This document shows positions 1-8,450 of a stretch of 29,659 nt of DNA, one piece after another. The notes beneath the pieces are model-generated. The model was not told the DNA's origin and searched no databases. It saw only the letters and a list, made by a program, of their open reading frames with translations. The stretch's first letter is position 1. Every line of letters starts with the position of its first letter. Origin of the DNA: a virus; the IMG/VR virus record IMGVR_UViG_640427134_000001, positions 1 through 29,659 of that record; one strand, 5' to 3'. Made by a program: the position numbers and the translations under genes.

Positions 1-1278
1 ATGAAAGTTAAGCTAACGAAGAAGTTTATTGATGATCTACCACTTACTGAAAGTGGCTATAAGATATATCCTGATGAAGCTTTGACGGGTTTTGCATTAT
101 ACGTTGGCACTAAGAGCAAGCGTTATATTTTGAACAGACGTATTAACAAAAAAATGTACCGCACGCTAGTTGATGAAGTTCACATGACTACTCTAACAGC
201 CGCACGTGAAAAAGCAACTGCAATGATGGTAAATATCAGACAAGGATCACACCCTTACGAGGGATTGCATGAGCTACCAGAGATTGAAGATGAAGAGAGC
301 AAGGCACCACAAGTACCTACTTTGCTAGAGGCTTATAATTATTTTAAAGAAATGAAATCAGAGCTTTCAGATGGAACTATAACAACCTATGACCGACAGA
401 TATTAGGTAAGCTTAGTGACTGGCTTGATAAGCCACTTAACGATATAACCAAGGCCATGATCAGCAAAAAACATAAAGAAATAAGTGCCAATAGCAAGGC
501 TCAAGCTAATGCGACTATGAGGGCATTAAGATCAGTTTGGAATTATTGTAGAGATAGTTTTTTAGACGAGAATGAAGACTTCATAATCAAAGAACAGCCT
601 ATCAAGATACTTAATGCCAAAAAGGACTGGAATAATATAAAACCACGTACCAGGCATGTAGCAGAAGAAAATCTAGGCCAGTTCTTTAAGACATTACTAA
701 AATACACCGATCGCAGCTCGCACATGCAAGCACCACATAGTAATAATGCTCGCGATCTTATGCTAATGTTTATGCTAACTGGCGTGAGACTTAATGAAGG
801 TCAAAATCTTGAGTGGTCCGACGTTGATCTTGATAACGGTTATATCGTATTTAGAGATACAAAAAACGGATCAGATTATGACATGCCACTGGGCAAAATA
901 CTTGCAGCATTACTCAAAGAACGCAAGAGGTTAAGTGATGGTAGTCGTTGGGTTTTCCCAAGTAGTCAAAGCAATACTGACGGACCTATAACTGACTTAA
1001 CCCGTAGCTACAAACGCATTGGTGAGTTAAATGGCATGTATATCACACCCCACGATTTAAGGCGCACGTTTGGCACCGTGGCCAACAGCTTGAACATCAA
1101 CTACCCAGTCCTTAAAAGGCTGTTAAATCATCGTGAGACCAAGGCAACCGATGATGTGACATTGCAGTACGTGCAAGTGTCCCAGAAGCAGCTTAGAACG
1201 GCTTTAAATCAGATTGAGAAACTGTATTGCAAGCAAGCTGAAATGACTCAAGATGAAGTTATAGCAAAACTCATATAA
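1..1278 (+). CDS. int: Tyrosine recombinase / phage integrase with N-terminal arm-type DNA-binding domain
   Basis: Catalytic set R (TGVRLNE), K (DTKNG), HxxR (HDLRRTF), H (LLNH), Y (TLQY). The N-terminus KLTKKFIDDL...GFALYV resembles P4-type arm-binding domains. Confidence 0.95.
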   Translation: MKVKLTKKFIDDLPLTESGYKIYPDEALTGFALYVGTKSKRYILNRRINKKMYRTLVDEVHMTTLTAAREKATAMMVNIRQGSHPYEGLHELPEIEDEESKAPQVPTLLEAYNYFKEMKSELSDGTITTYDRQILGKLSDWLDKPLNDITKAMISKKHKEISANSKAQANATMRALRSVWNYCRDSFLDENEDFIIKEQPIKILNAKKDWNNIKPRTRHVAEENLGQFFKTLLKYTDRSSHMQAPHSNNARDLMLMFMLTGVRLNEGQNLEWSDVDLDNGYIVFRDTKNGSDYDMPLGKILAALLKERKRLSDGSRWVFPSSQSNTDGPITDLTRSYKRIGELNGMYITPHDLRRTFGTVANSLNINYPVLKRLLNHRETKATDDVTLQYVQVSQKQLRTALNQIEKLYCKQAEMTQDEVIAKLI

Positions 1279-1297
1279 GCTACAATTGTTCATACAC

Positions 1298-1331
1298 TAC
1301 CCACCCTCTCTATAGGTGGTGGGTAATTTAT
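1298..1331 (+). terminator. Possible terminator hairpin between the integrase and the convergent 51-aa gene
   Basis: TACCCACC (1298-1305) and GGTGGGTA (1318-1325) form an inverted repeat, followed by a weak AT-rich tail. Confidence 0.4.
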
Positions 1332-1337
1332 AGACGG

Positions 1338-1493
1338 CTAGTTGGAGATAACGCAAATAGGATGATTTCCTGGATTTTTGCCTCCGCCCATATCTAAACA
1401 AATATCATCATAATAGATTTCATGCGTCTTGAACCCCAAATATCCACCTATCACAAACATGAATAGTAGAGCCAGAATAAATTTAATATTCAT
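1338..1493 (-). CDS. 51-aa small membrane-anchored protein (absent from the ORF track)
   Basis: Hand translation: MNIKFILALLFMFVIGGYLGFKTHEIYYDDICLDMGGGKNPGNHPICVISN*. GAGGA lies 9 nt upstream of the ATG; there is one hydrophobic helix and a Cys pair. Confidence 0.75.
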   Translation of the reverse strand: MNIKFILALLFMFVIGGYLGFKTHEIYYDDICLDMGGGKNPGNHPICVISN

Positions 1494-1580
1494 GTAAAAT
1501 AATCCTCATAGCTGTTAACCAGTTTTTCTAAAAAATTAGTGGCTTTAAGTATATTTATGTATATTTTGTGTTTATTAATG

Positions 1581-1589
1581 TGATATTAT
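1581..1589 (+). promoter_or_regulatory. Putative extended -10 sigma70 promoter for pliG
   Basis: TG-A-TATTAT in an AT-rich divergent intergenic region. Confidence 0.4.
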
Positions 1590-1766
1590 GTGACTACTTC
1601 CTCTCGTAGCTAAATTCAGAGGGCTATACCCGCGAGATTGTCAAACGTGACCAAAGGTCTTAGAGAACGGGTACTGCCTTTAAAGTCTGATCTTAACTTT
1701 AATATATAAGCAAAGGCTTGGCTAGCTCTTAGCGGATGTTTCATATTGTAAACAATAGAGGTGAGT

Positions 1767-2177
1767 ATGAAAAACTTAATTCCTACCCTGTTAACTTCTG
1801 TAGCTTTATTAGCAAGCAGTTCGTATGCCATGGCATGTAATGAGGCTGAGCCAATCGAAGTAAGATTCGCTAAGGGAACAACATCCTCTAGTTATACAGG
1901 CCAAATTATAGGCTACCAGTATTATTCATATCATTTTATAGCAAATAAGGGTCAAAAATTAAAAGTTAAAATAGATGGTGAAAATGTAGAGGCGTATTTA
2001 TTTCATAATAAGCTAAAAGACTCAGTGTATATGGGTCAATATTCTCCAGAATTAGACGCTAAAGGTAATTACACCCTTCCTCATTCAGGAGAATACGAGC
2101 TTCGGGTGCTTCAGCCTCGCTCTCAGGCTAGACTAGGCAAGACTCCAAAGTACAATCTTAAAATATCTATACAGTAA
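1767..2177 (+). CDS. pliG: Periplasmic inhibitor of g-type lysozyme (PliG/YcgK family)
   Basis: Signal peptide, then VRFAKG..SSSYTGQIIGYQY.SY.F.A.KGQK and YSPELD..G.YTLP.SGEYELRVLQ.R..AR, closely matching E. coli PliG as recalled. ATG 1767 is preferred over GTG 1761 because of GAGG at 1758-1761. Confidence 0.9.
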   Translation: MKNLIPTLLTSVALLASSSYAMACNEAEPIEVRFAKGTTSSSYTGQIIGYQYYSYHFIANKGQKLKVKIDGENVEAYLFHNKLKDSVYMGQYSPELDAKGNYTLPHSGEYELRVLQPRSQARLGKTPKYNLKISIQ

Positions 2178-2207
2178 TATTATAGAGGTAGAGAGGATGG
2201 CAAAATT

Positions 2208-2426
2208 ATGAACCATAGAGTCAAAGAGTTCTTCATATTATCTCTTATAGGGATGGTGGCTTTATATCCAAGCCTATTAATCGTATCAATAGTCCTTGAT
2301 CCTTATATTAAAGATTTCACTCTACCGACTGTGGTCTTAATTGAGTCGATTATTATTGCTCCTATCTTACAATTAATCGCCTTACCTTTGGCTCATAACT
2401 TTATTAAACGACTCACCGGTCTTTAA
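2208..2426 (+). CDS. Small two-TM membrane protein, function unknown
   Basis: 72 aa with two hydrophobic segments, purine-rich RBS upstream, directly behind pliG. Confidence 0.65.
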   Translation: MNHRVKEFFILSLIGMVALYPSLLIVSIVLDPYIKDFTLPTVVLIESIIIAPILQLIALPLAHNFIKRLTGL

Positions 2427-2462
2427 TATTTATGATCTAAATATCTTCATATAAGTATAACT

Positions 2463-2495
2463 AAGCCCTTCTAGGTGAACCTAGAAGGGCTTTTT
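2463..2495 (+). terminator. Intrinsic terminator after pliG and the small membrane gene
   Basis: Perfect 13-bp stem AAGCCCTTCTAGG-TGAA-CCTAGAAGGGCTT running into a T5 tract (2491-2495). Confidence 0.85.
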
Positions 2496-2516
2496 GTAAA
2501 CGCAATAGGAGCGATG

Positions 2517-3377
2517 ATGCCAAAAATCAGCGTAGCATTAGGTATGACCCTTTTAGTAGTGGGAAATATTTTTGCAGTATTTTCAGATGCACTAATAAAA
2601 GACTTGCCAGCTGAAACAGCGTTATATCAATTTATTCTTTTTCGGCAGTTGACCGCTGTTGCTATGCTTTTACCACTTTCTTTGATTAACAAAAAACAGA
2701 AATTGCTTAATGAGATAAAATGGCATTTTGTTCGCAGTCATATTTGGTTAATTGGTGTGGTATTCATGGTAATATCCCTTCAATCCCTCCCCCTGGCGAC
2801 TGCAAATGCTATTTTTTACGCAGCCCCGCTTCTTATGTTACCAATAGGCTTTTTGTTATATAGGGATAACTTAAGCCCTTCAACGATTATTGTATCTATT
2901 CTGGGTTTTATTGGCATTTTGATTATTGTCCAACCTAAGCAAATCAACATAGGCGCAATATTTGCGCTTTTAGTAGCGGCCACAATTGCTATAAATAATC
3001 TTTTAGTAAGAAAACTACCTCAAAACCATACCGTTTATCAAACTTTATTATTGACTAATTTAGTAGGAATACCTGCTGCCTTAGTATTAGCTTTATGGGA
3101 AAACAGCCCGTTTAGCTGGGAATCGCTTACTATAGCAGCTATATCAAATGTTTTTATTTTAATTTATGCTGGAATATGTGTAGAAGTATACAAAAACATC
3201 GAAGCTCACAAAGTTTCTAGTGCTGAGTATTCCGGATTACTAGTAGCAGTAATTGTAGGCATTATATGGTTTAATGAAGTACCAAATTTAAGCTTGCTGG
3301 TTGGAGGAACTTTAATTGTTGCTCCCTTAATTTGGCTAGCAAACGCTGAAAGAGTAAAGTATAGAAATTTGAATTAG
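2517..3377 (+). CDS. EamA/DMT family transporter
   Basis: About 10 TM helices in two repeats, with LPLATANAIFYAAPL and GIIWFNEVP motifs. AGGAG at 2507-2511 favours ATG 2517; the track's GTG 2475 lies inside the terminator. Confidence 0.92.
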   Translation: MPKISVALGMTLLVVGNIFAVFSDALIKDLPAETALYQFILFRQLTAVAMLLPLSLINKKQKLLNEIKWHFVRSHIWLIGVVFMVISLQSLPLATANAIFYAAPLLMLPIGFLLYRDNLSPSTIIVSILGFIGILIIVQPKQINIGAIFALLVAATIAINNLLVRKLPQNHTVYQTLLLTNLVGIPAALVLALWENSPFSWESLTIAAISNVFILIYAGICVEVYKNIEAHKVSSAEYSGLLVAVIVGIIWFNEVPNLSLLVGGTLIVAPLIWLANAERVKYRNLN

Positions 3378-3398
3378 CATCCCCTACTTAGCTTTTGC

Positions 3399-3436
3399 AA
3401 AAGGAGTGAGTGAGTTTCTTCACCAAAACTCACTCC
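3399..3436 (-). terminator. Terminator hairpin between convergent EamA and LPD1 genes
   Basis: GGAGTGAGT (3403-3411) pairs with ACTCACTCC (3428-3436), followed by T4 on the minus strand. Confidence 0.55.
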
Positions 3437-3469
3437 GCATAATATGAATATCCTATTCCGTAATTAAAG

Positions 3470-5824
3470 CTACCACCGAATCAAATGATCTAACGCTAAA
3501 TTATTACTTAGCTGCATGCCAAAAATAGAGTCCATCAAACTTTCATCATCTGACGCATTTTCAAACACCTTCTCATCTTTGATTACTTTAAACAGCTTAT
3601 CAAATGCCGCATTAATACGCGCACGCTCGTCACCCTCAGGATAAGCTTTATGTACGCTATCGTATAAATCATTGTTAGCGCCGTAGCTTAAGTAGTCATT
3701 ACGGCGTCCTTGCGCCTCTAAACTATCCTCAAGATACGCCTGAAATGCCCTTGCCGCCATTTCAACTGTTGTAGACCAATACGGCTTGGCGCGTGTTCCA
3801 TCAAGAGATACCGAATTTGCTTTAAATTTAGACGATATAGGACCAGTTTCAAGAATGACGGCCTCTCCTGCCTTATCTTGATTATAATATGCAGCCGCCA
3901 CTTTTCGCCATGCGGTATGCCGTTTGCTACGGCGGCTTCTATTTGTTCTGCCATACATATCGTCAATCGCTCTTACTGCGCCGCTGGCATTGCCTGCATC
4001 TAAGATTGCTTTTGTCGTCCTATTAAGCTTATCGGGATTGATATTTAATTTTGCCAGCTCAATATCTTTTTCTGTAAGCTTGAATACTTCAGGTGTATAG
4101 GTATCTCCAATAAACATAGCATCTTGCAAATCTCTAAAGGCATTTGAGATTTTAGGGTTCTTAGCAAGGCTTGGATTTTCTGTTAAAAATTTACTCGCTC
4201 CAACAGCCTCTTCATTACCTAGCACTTCACCTAAAATGTTATCGATAGCATGAAACCATTCATGGCCAAGCGAGCCACCACCACGCATTTTAGTTAAGTT
4301 AATGACGCGCTGAACTGGCTCATAATGAGCAAGCGCTCCTCCTCTACCACGCGCACCGAAAGCCATAGCCAACCTGCCGTTAAACCCAAGTGCTTTATGG
4401 TCAATACCGATAATATCTGACAAATCAAACATGGCTGCTGCCGTATTCTTCACATGAAATTCAGCACTAGACTTTTCTTTTAAAATCCAATCTCCTGATT
4501 GAATGTCTCTGAAGCCAAATTCATCTTTAAGCTCTTTGGTAGAGTTGATGACAACTTCTTTCCCGCCCTTACGCTCAATTTGTTCAGCAACAATTAATTC
4601 AAAGGTTGTTTTTTTCTTACCTTTTTTGCCACCACTTCCAGTCTTGCTGCTATCTGTAATAGTCAGCCCCCAGTCGTCATATTTACCATCTATGGCTAGG
4701 TTTAGGTGTTTAACAAAGGCTGATGAAGTACGCTCAATAATTGCCCAAAATCTCTCACCAAGAGCTACCCATTGCTGAATACTCCTATTTGTAGTTAATG
4801 TCTCAAATGCCCCTATTGCATTGATAGCTTTTAAAGCAATATTGTACTCTTTCCACTTTTTAAACTTATTAGCATCTACAATGCCTTTGCCAATGTAGCT
4901 CCCACTAAACTGGCGTTCAGGGTATTTTTCTGTAGCCCAGCTCATTACCCACTTTTGTATATTATATTCAATTGGGTTTATACCCTCTTCCTTGGCCATT
5001 GCAGCAAGCCCAGCAATCGCTTCTTTGTATAACGCCTCACTTTCCTCTTCCATCTCAGTTTTTAATGCATCTTGCTCTGCGGACAACGTTTTATATTTAT
5101 CTGCGACGTCAGAACTAAGCATTGAGCCACCAAGTTCACCTGAAATTGCCAAAATTTCATTGTACAAATCACGAGGCGTGACACACTTACTAATGCGCGC
5201 TTTTAACGTATCAATACCTGCCACATAAGCTTTACGCATCATCTGCTTTTGCTGAGCTGCGCCAAGCTCATCCGTTAATCTTGCAAATGCAAGTAATTGA
5301 TCTTGATTGTAGCTTATGTTTCTACGACCAGCATAAGAGTTTTTAGCAAATTCAACTAAGTCCCAATGAGGCTCTTTAACCACAGACGCCAATATTTTTT
5401 GAATTAAAAAAGCAGTACCAGGCTCAATACCATTATCTTTTAACTCATTGTAGTTAATTTGACCCATAATGTTTGATTTTTTAATTAGCGACTCAGCAAG
5501 CAGTGCATCAGTTTCAATTTCTGACCAATCAATATCCTTAACCTTTACAGCCACCCCATCTTTGGCTAACTCTTTTATACGGTTACTTGCCAGCTCTTTT
5601 TTAGAGCCGGCAATATAACCCGTATCAGCATACCGATAGTTATTATCGTTTGGGTTATCACTAAGGCCATCCTTAACGTTATTTTCAGGCTGATAATTCA
5701 CCCCAATTGCTTCTAGGCTGCTTATAACCGCTTTCCGCTGTGTCTCATCGTTAGGATCGTTAAAGATTTCCAGCGACAATCTCAACGCTTCAAGATTGCT
5801 GATAAGCTGTACTGTTTCATTCAT
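3470..5824 (-). CDS. LPD1 (large polyvalent protein-associated domain 1) protein with zincin HExxH motif
   Basis: LAMAFGARGRGGALAHYEP...INLTKMRGGGSLGHEWFHAID and YWSTTVEMAARAFQAY...NDYL...YPEGDERARINAAFDKLF are characteristic of LPD1-containing phage/plasmid proteins. GAGG RBS present. Confidence 0.85.
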   Translation of the reverse strand: MNETVQLISNLEALRLSLEIFNDPNDETQRKAVISSLEAIGVNYQPENNVKDGLSDNPNDNNYRYADTGYIAGSKKELASNRIKELAKDGVAVKVKDIDWSEIETDALLAESLIKKSNIMGQINYNELKDNGIEPGTAFLIQKILASVVKEPHWDLVEFAKNSYAGRRNISYNQDQLLAFARLTDELGAAQQKQMMRKAYVAGIDTLKARISKCVTPRDLYNEILAISGELGGSMLSSDVADKYKTLSAEQDALKTEMEEESEALYKEAIAGLAAMAKEEGINPIEYNIQKWVMSWATEKYPERQFSGSYIGKGIVDANKFKKWKEYNIALKAINAIGAFETLTTNRSIQQWVALGERFWAIIERTSSAFVKHLNLAIDGKYDDWGLTITDSSKTGSGGKKGKKKTTFELIVAEQIERKGGKEVVINSTKELKDEFGFRDIQSGDWILKEKSSAEFHVKNTAAAMFDLSDIIGIDHKALGFNGRLAMAFGARGRGGALAHYEPVQRVINLTKMRGGGSLGHEWFHAIDNILGEVLGNEEAVGASKFLTENPSLAKNPKISNAFRDLQDAMFIGDTYTPEVFKLTEKDIELAKLNINPDKLNRTTKAILDAGNASGAVRAIDDMYGRTNRSRRSKRHTAWRKVAAAYYNQDKAGEAVILETGPISSKFKANSVSLDGTRAKPYWSTTVEMAARAFQAYLEDSLEAQGRRNDYLSYGANNDLYDSVHKAYPEGDERARINAAFDKLFKVIKDEKVFENASDDESLMDSIFGMQLSNNLALDHLIRW

Positions 5825-5853
5825 TTATAAACCTCATTGTCGTTATAAAGTGT

Positions 5854-5900
5854 TATACACATTATCGCAATGATTGTGCTACGCCCTGTTGGCGTGTTCC
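5854..5900 (-). promoter_or_regulatory. Putative phage late promoter, copy 5 (LPD1 gene)
   Basis: GGAACACGCC (5900-5891), 24 nt, GATAAT (5866-5861, preceded by TGC), A at 5854. Confidence 0.7.
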
Positions 5901-5955
5901 TAGAGACAAAAAAAAGGACCACGCTAACTGGTAACGCAACCCTTACTCACAAAGA

Positions 5956-6639
5956 TTATTTGATCAGCGTCAGGCAGTCTAAAAATTTGATTGCGTACCC
6001 TGCTATCAGTGTGTCTTTGTCAGTACCGTTAATGACTCGACGAGCGTTTTTAAACTGCTCAAACGAGCCATATCTTATGTATCTTGATAGTGATTTGCCA
6101 GTGAAATGACCTTCCAGCATGCCAACGATCATAATATCTGCTGCATGTTTTGGGTCTAGTGCCAGTTCAGGCTTATTCACAAAATCTACACCTAGTAATT
6201 TACGCATCACGACATAGTTTGTTAACCAGGTTAGCTGCACATAACCACGGCCATAGTAAATTGGAAGTAAATCAGAGTACCTACCGCCATGGATATCAAT
6301 ACGACTACCATAAGGCCTACCACGGCCTTTGCCGTATTCTTCGATGGGCCTCATGGTTCTTGCTGTTTCATGCCAGGTAGTAGCTAGCATATAAGCAAAA
6401 TAAAGCGGATTAATAGCATTGCCGCCGTATTGGTTGCAGGCTTCTAAAATACTATCAAACCCATTAACCTGGGATTGCTTTAATGGTCCAAAGTGTTTAG
6501 CAAGTTTGCCCGGCTCATAGGCAAGTCGCTTGCCAGAATCAGTCAAAGATTTTTGCGAGTTCAGACCCCATAATCCATCGGCTTTGGCACCAGCCTGCCC
6601 TTGTAACCTCTTGATATTTTCTCTAATATTTGCGGTCAT
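5956..6639 (-). CDS. Endolysin, glycoside hydrolase family 19, with a short N-terminal PG-binding-like segment
   Basis: AYMLATTWHET, YYGRGYVQLTWLTNY and ARRVINGTD GH19 motifs; ADGLWG near the N-terminus. Confidence 0.92.
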   Translation of the reverse strand: MTANIRENIKRLQGQAGAKADGLWGLNSQKSLTDSGKRLAYEPGKLAKHFGPLKQSQVNGFDSILEACNQYGGNAINPLYFAYMLATTWHETARTMRPIEEYGKGRGRPYGSRIDIHGGRYSDLLPIYYGRGYVQLTWLTNYVVMRKLLGVDFVNKPELALDPKHAADIMIVGMLEGHFTGKSLSRYIRYGSFEQFKNARRVINGTDKDTLIAGYAIKFLDCLTLIK

Positions 6640-6961
6640 TTTCTCTAAATTCTCTTATCTTGCTTTTAAGCTTACTAATCCTTTTGGTACTGCCCGCTAT
6701 ATCTAACATCAACACAGCCATTGATAAGACAAACAGTACTCTTGCTAAAATCGTATGTCTTGAAGGCACAAACACCGTACTACCAACATCAGCCCATAAA
6801 AGCCCCAACCATATGAATCCATAAAGAACTATCAAAGTAGAGGTTGATTTGCGGTTGGTGCAATATCTGCCACTAAACATAACGACTGAACACATAAACA
6901 ATCCAAGGTACGGCGTTATATTATTAATGACTTGCAAGTTGATGATGATTGGATGTTCCAT
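6623..6961 (-). CDS. Lysis-cassette membrane protein (putative holin/antiholin)
   Basis: Three hydrophobic segments and a basic C-terminal tail; overlaps the endolysin start. Confidence 0.6.
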   Translation of the reverse strand: MEHPIIINLQVINNITPYLGLFMCSVVMFSGRYCTNRKSTSTLIVLYGFIWLGLLWADVGSTVFVPSRHTILARVLFVLSMAVLMLDIAGSTKRISKLKSKIREFRENDRKY

Positions 6962-6963
6962 TT

Positions 6964-7482
6964 TTACCTATCCCTATTTCCTTTAGTGAAGATGTGGGCC
7001 AGCCATGACACTCTACTAATTAACAGCTTACGTACTGAGTCTTGGAGTTCTTTATCACGCTTTAAGTCACCTAGGTTGTTGATAAGCACTACACCTGAAA
7101 ATGACATAACCAATGCTGTCATTAGCATAACTTCAATCGGTGGGCTTGCAGCGTCGGTAAGCGCTGGTAATAAAACAAATGCTCCAACAATTCCACTAAA
7201 AAACCCGCCAGCAAGATGAAATATTTGTTGTAATACGGAAGGTCGCTGATCCATATCGCTTGTATAAATGTCCGTAAGCAAAGATGCTGCTGAACCAAGC
7301 ATACTCAACAATAAAACAGTAAAAAAGAACACCCAAATAGGGAGATTGAGGTATAAGAAAGTATGCGTTTGATTAAGTTGATCCGTAATAGCCACTGCAC
7401 TAGCAGACGCACTAAATATGCTTGCCAGCGAGCTACCAATCAGGCCAATAGTAAGTTTGGCCGTATCAATATTATGTTGCAC
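6964..7482 (-). CDS. Putative holin-like membrane protein
   Basis: About four hydrophobic helices, GTG start with AGGGG RBS, two genes upstream of the endolysin. Confidence 0.6.
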   Translation of the reverse strand: MQHNIDTAKLTIGLIGSSLASIFSASASAVAITDQLNQTHTFLYLNLPIWVFFFTVLLLSMLGSAASLLTDIYTSDMDQRPSVLQQIFHLAGGFFSGIVGAFVLLPALTDAASPPIEVMLMTALVMSFSGVVLINNLGDLKRDKELQDSVRKLLISRVSWLAHIFTKGNRDR

Positions 7483-7516
7483 CCTTCACCCCTTTACATA
7501 CACTCGAACACGCTTG

Positions 7517-7762
7517 TTACCGACGTGCTGTTAAAATCTTAATAATAGCGTCCAGCCTCTTATATAACCCCATTTGTGCTGTGCCATCCCTTTCAATCAC
7601 CTTAGAACGATAATCAAAAGCAGTTGATCTTTCGTATAACTCAACGAAGTTAAGGCTCATTTTAAGCGCTTCGTACATGCTCGTTTGGCCATGTTCCATT
7701 AAGAGAACCACGTCACTCAACAATATATCTTGCAAGCTGTCTCGCGTGCCCTCGTAACTCAA
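7517..7762 (-). CDS. Small ORF overlapping the PmgB-like gene; probable frameshift extension of a tail chaperone
   Basis: Fills the gap to the holin gene, has a TTG start without RBS, overlaps upstream by 50 nt and begins at CCCTTTTT. Confidence 0.55.
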   Translation of the reverse strand: MSYEGTRDSLQDILLSDVVLLMEHGQTSMYEALKMSLNFVELYERSTAFDYRSKVIERDGTAQMGLYKRLDAIIKILTARR

Positions 7763-8450
7763 AAAGGGCTTGAAATCGTGCTGGCATGTATTCGCCAGCT
7801 ACCTCCCCAATTACCGTGACACCTTTGTTGTCAATACTTGTAAAAACATAATGCGATAAGTTGAGTATGAGCGTGTCAAACAATTCGGCCAGGTTGTTAA
7901 AATCAAACTCGCTAAGATTGCTAAGGGTTTCAGCTCTAGCTAAGATCTGTTTGCTTAGCTCGTTTTGGGTTAAGCTTATGTCTAGCTTGTCCCAAACCAT
8001 ATCACCACCCACAATGCTGCTGAGATTACCAAAAAGCTGGCAAGCCATAAGACCACAAGTCCAATCAAACAAGTTTTCACAAATTGCTTCAAGTAAGCAG
8101 ACATGAGCACCTCTAATATGTTGTACGCCTATACCCGTTGTTTCGTCTAAATGTTCCTTTGGTACCATAGACTCCACTGTTTCAACCACGTACTCGCTTA
8201 AATTGCTTTCAGCTGAATACTTGTTTTGGGATAAAGCTTGTTGGTTTAATAAAAAGTAATAACGCTCTTGTACTGTTAACTGATCTGCTAAGCCTTGATA
8301 GCCGGTTAGCAAGGTAATTAACGCACTGATGCGCTTTTCGTTAAAGCGCTCTGGTATCTTGGCGATATCCATAGCTTGTCCGATCGTAAGATCAGGAATT
8401 GGTACGACATGCTCAAGTAACTGCAACTGCATTACTGCAACGTCTGTCAT
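7713..8450 (-). CDS. P1 PmgB-like tail/baseplate assembly chaperone
   Basis: LTIGQAMDIAKI...LTVQERYYFLL and the C-terminal PARFQA resemble recalled P1 PmgB; ATGA-coupled to the upstream gene. Confidence 0.55.
   Translation of the reverse strand: MTDVAVMQLQLLEHVVPIPDLTIGQAMDIAKIPERFNEKRISALITLLTGYQGLADQLTVQERYYFLLNQQALSQNKYSAESNLSEYVVETVESMVPKEHLDETTGIGVQHIRGAHVCLLEAICENLFDWTCGLMACQLFGNLSSIVGGDMVWDKLDISLTQNELSKQILARAETLSNLSEFDFNNLAELFDTLILNLSHYVFTSIDNKGVTVIGEVAGEYMPARFQALFELRGHARQLARYIVE

Noticed and set aside
1279-1760. att site or tRNA remnant downstream of the integrase
   Set aside because: No tRNA-like sequence or duplicated core was found; the space is explained by the small ORF and promoter region.
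1616-1831. 71-aa minus-strand ORF
   Set aside because: Overlaps the pliG signal-peptide region in antisense and has no recognisable features.
5908-5945. T8 run on the minus strand after the endolysin as a terminator
   Set aside because: Only a weak stem of about 4 bp precedes it; not convincing.
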